This document shows, piece after piece, positions 31,251 to 32,000 of a DNA stretch of 32,000 nt. Numbering within the stretch: the first letter of the stretch is position 1; each line of letters begins with the position of its first letter. The stretch is from Candidatus Moranella endobia PCIT (GTDB lineage: Bacteria > Pseudomonadota > Gammaproteobacteria > Enterobacterales > Enterobacteriaceae): the NCBI RefSeq assembly GCF_000219175.1, contig NC_015735.1, forward strand, positions 300,001 through 332,000, given 5' to 3'. The notes under the pieces were generated by a model. It saw only the letters and a program-made list of their open reading frames with translations. It did not search any database and was not told the DNA's origin. The translations under genes were made by a program, and so were the position numbers.

Positions 31251-32000
31251 CTAGGTCTGAGGAAGACAGATAATCAGCTGCAATCCGCCAAGTGGGCTAT
31301 CTGTTGCTTTTACCCAACCACCGTGCTGTATGACTGCTGTTTCTACGATTGCGAGCCCGAGACCACCAGTAGTTCCGCTGGAATCACGGTCTTTGGCTTG
31401 AGAGGTACGGTAAAAAGGCCGAAAAATCTGCTCTCGATCATCTTTGCTGACGCCGGGGCCATCATCGTCAACGGTAATGGTTATCCGATACTGATCGGTG
31501 CTAAATCCGACTAATATCCGGTGATGCGAGTAACGTATAGCATTACGCACGATATTTTCAAGCGCACTATTTAGTGCGAAAGCATCACCTATTATGGTCC
31601 AGTTACCTGGTAGTGATGTGAACTCCAGGCTTTTGCCCATTTGCTCTGCTTCAAACTGAGCATCACTAATAACATTAGCCCACAAATGGTTTGTCTTCAA
31701 TACCTCACGCGGACGCTCCGGGTTGTTAGACCTAGAAATTTCTAGTAAGATTGAATTTAGCCGGTGAACTTCGGTATCAATGCGTAGTGCATAGTCATCA
31801 CCTTGCCGCCGTCGCATTAGCGCGGTAGTTAACTGTATCCTGGTTAATGGCGTGCGCAACTCATGAAATATGTTGTCTAGTATACGTTGATTGTCATTAA
31901 TATAACTATCATGCCGGTAGTCAAAAGAATTCATTTTGACCTGTATCAAACTCGGGATGCTGTTGTATATGCCCATTCCCACGTACCACCTCATCTGCGG
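31251..32000 (-). CDS. cpxA: Envelope-stress sensor histidine kinase CpxA, C-terminal DHp and catalytic domains; the 5' end lies beyond the window
   Basis: The H-box FHELRTPLTRIQL.TAL.RRR.G, FEAEQMGKSL, ALENIVRNA.RYSH..I.VGF, ITITVDDDGPGVS..DREQIFRPFYRT, GLGLAIVETA..QH.GWVKA.DSPLGGL.L.I.LP are near-identical to E. coli CpxA residues ~240-455. The frame is open through position 32000. The M at 31994 in the ORF track is internal. Confidence 0.88.
   Translation of the reverse strand, partial: PQMRWYVGMGIYNSIPSLIQVKMNSFDYRHDSYINDNQRILDNIFHELRTPLTRIQLTTALMRRRQGDDYALRIDTEVHRLNSILLEISRSNNPERPREVLKTNHLWANVISDAQFEAEQMGKSLEFTSLPGNWTIIGDAFALNSALENIVRNAIRYSHHRILVGFSTDQYRITITVDDDGPGVSKDDREQIFRPFYRTSQAKDRDSSGTTGGLGLAIVETAVIQHGGWVKATDSPLGGLQLIICLPQT

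Overview
This window looks like a reduced, AT-drifting genome of an Enterobacterales endosymbiont; the lineage is an inference from protein and rRNA similarity and from the eroded spacers. Every long ORF that is not antisense to another gene is a recognisable housekeeping ortholog. In order they are ychF (partial), pth, prs, prfA, prmC, suhB, iscS, acpS, pdxJ, clpB, rluD, pmbA, rdgC, holD, ygfZ, lgt, rppH, fis, mrdA, mrdB, prmB, sspB, cysE and cpxA (partial). An rRNA unit tRNA-Glu / 23S / 5S / tRNA-Asp lies at 7998-11548 with no 16S gene upstream. It has its own rrn-P1-like promoter (TTGTCA, 16 nt, TATAAT), boxA-like elements and a long 23S processing stem. The genes form short blocks colinear with E. 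coli, but the usual neighbours are missing and replaced by 150-800 bp AT-rich, ORF-free spacers. Missing neighbours are ychH-dauA, ispE-lolB-hemA, trmJ-iscR, iscUA-hscBA-fdx, pgeF, recO, thyA, ptsP, rsfS-rlmH, rlpA and sspA. One neighbour, dusB upstream of fis, is still recognisable as a multiply disrupted pseudogene. I found no transposase, integrase, phage, CRISPR, toxin-antitoxin, restriction or other defence-like gene, and no convincing novel multi-gene system. The items most worth follow-up are listed here.
- A roughly 60-bp direct repeat of the cysE 3' end (38 nt exact) brackets the whole cysE locus.
- The 23S-5S operon is unlinked from 16S and independently promoted.
- iscS is an orphan with a replaced C-terminal tail.
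- The dusB pseudogene sits between fis and its ancestral promoter region.
- A new tight clpB-pdxJ-acpS junction has formed.
- A set of perfect, sequence-unrelated hairpins sits in otherwise decayed spacers, including three in a row upstream of pmbA.
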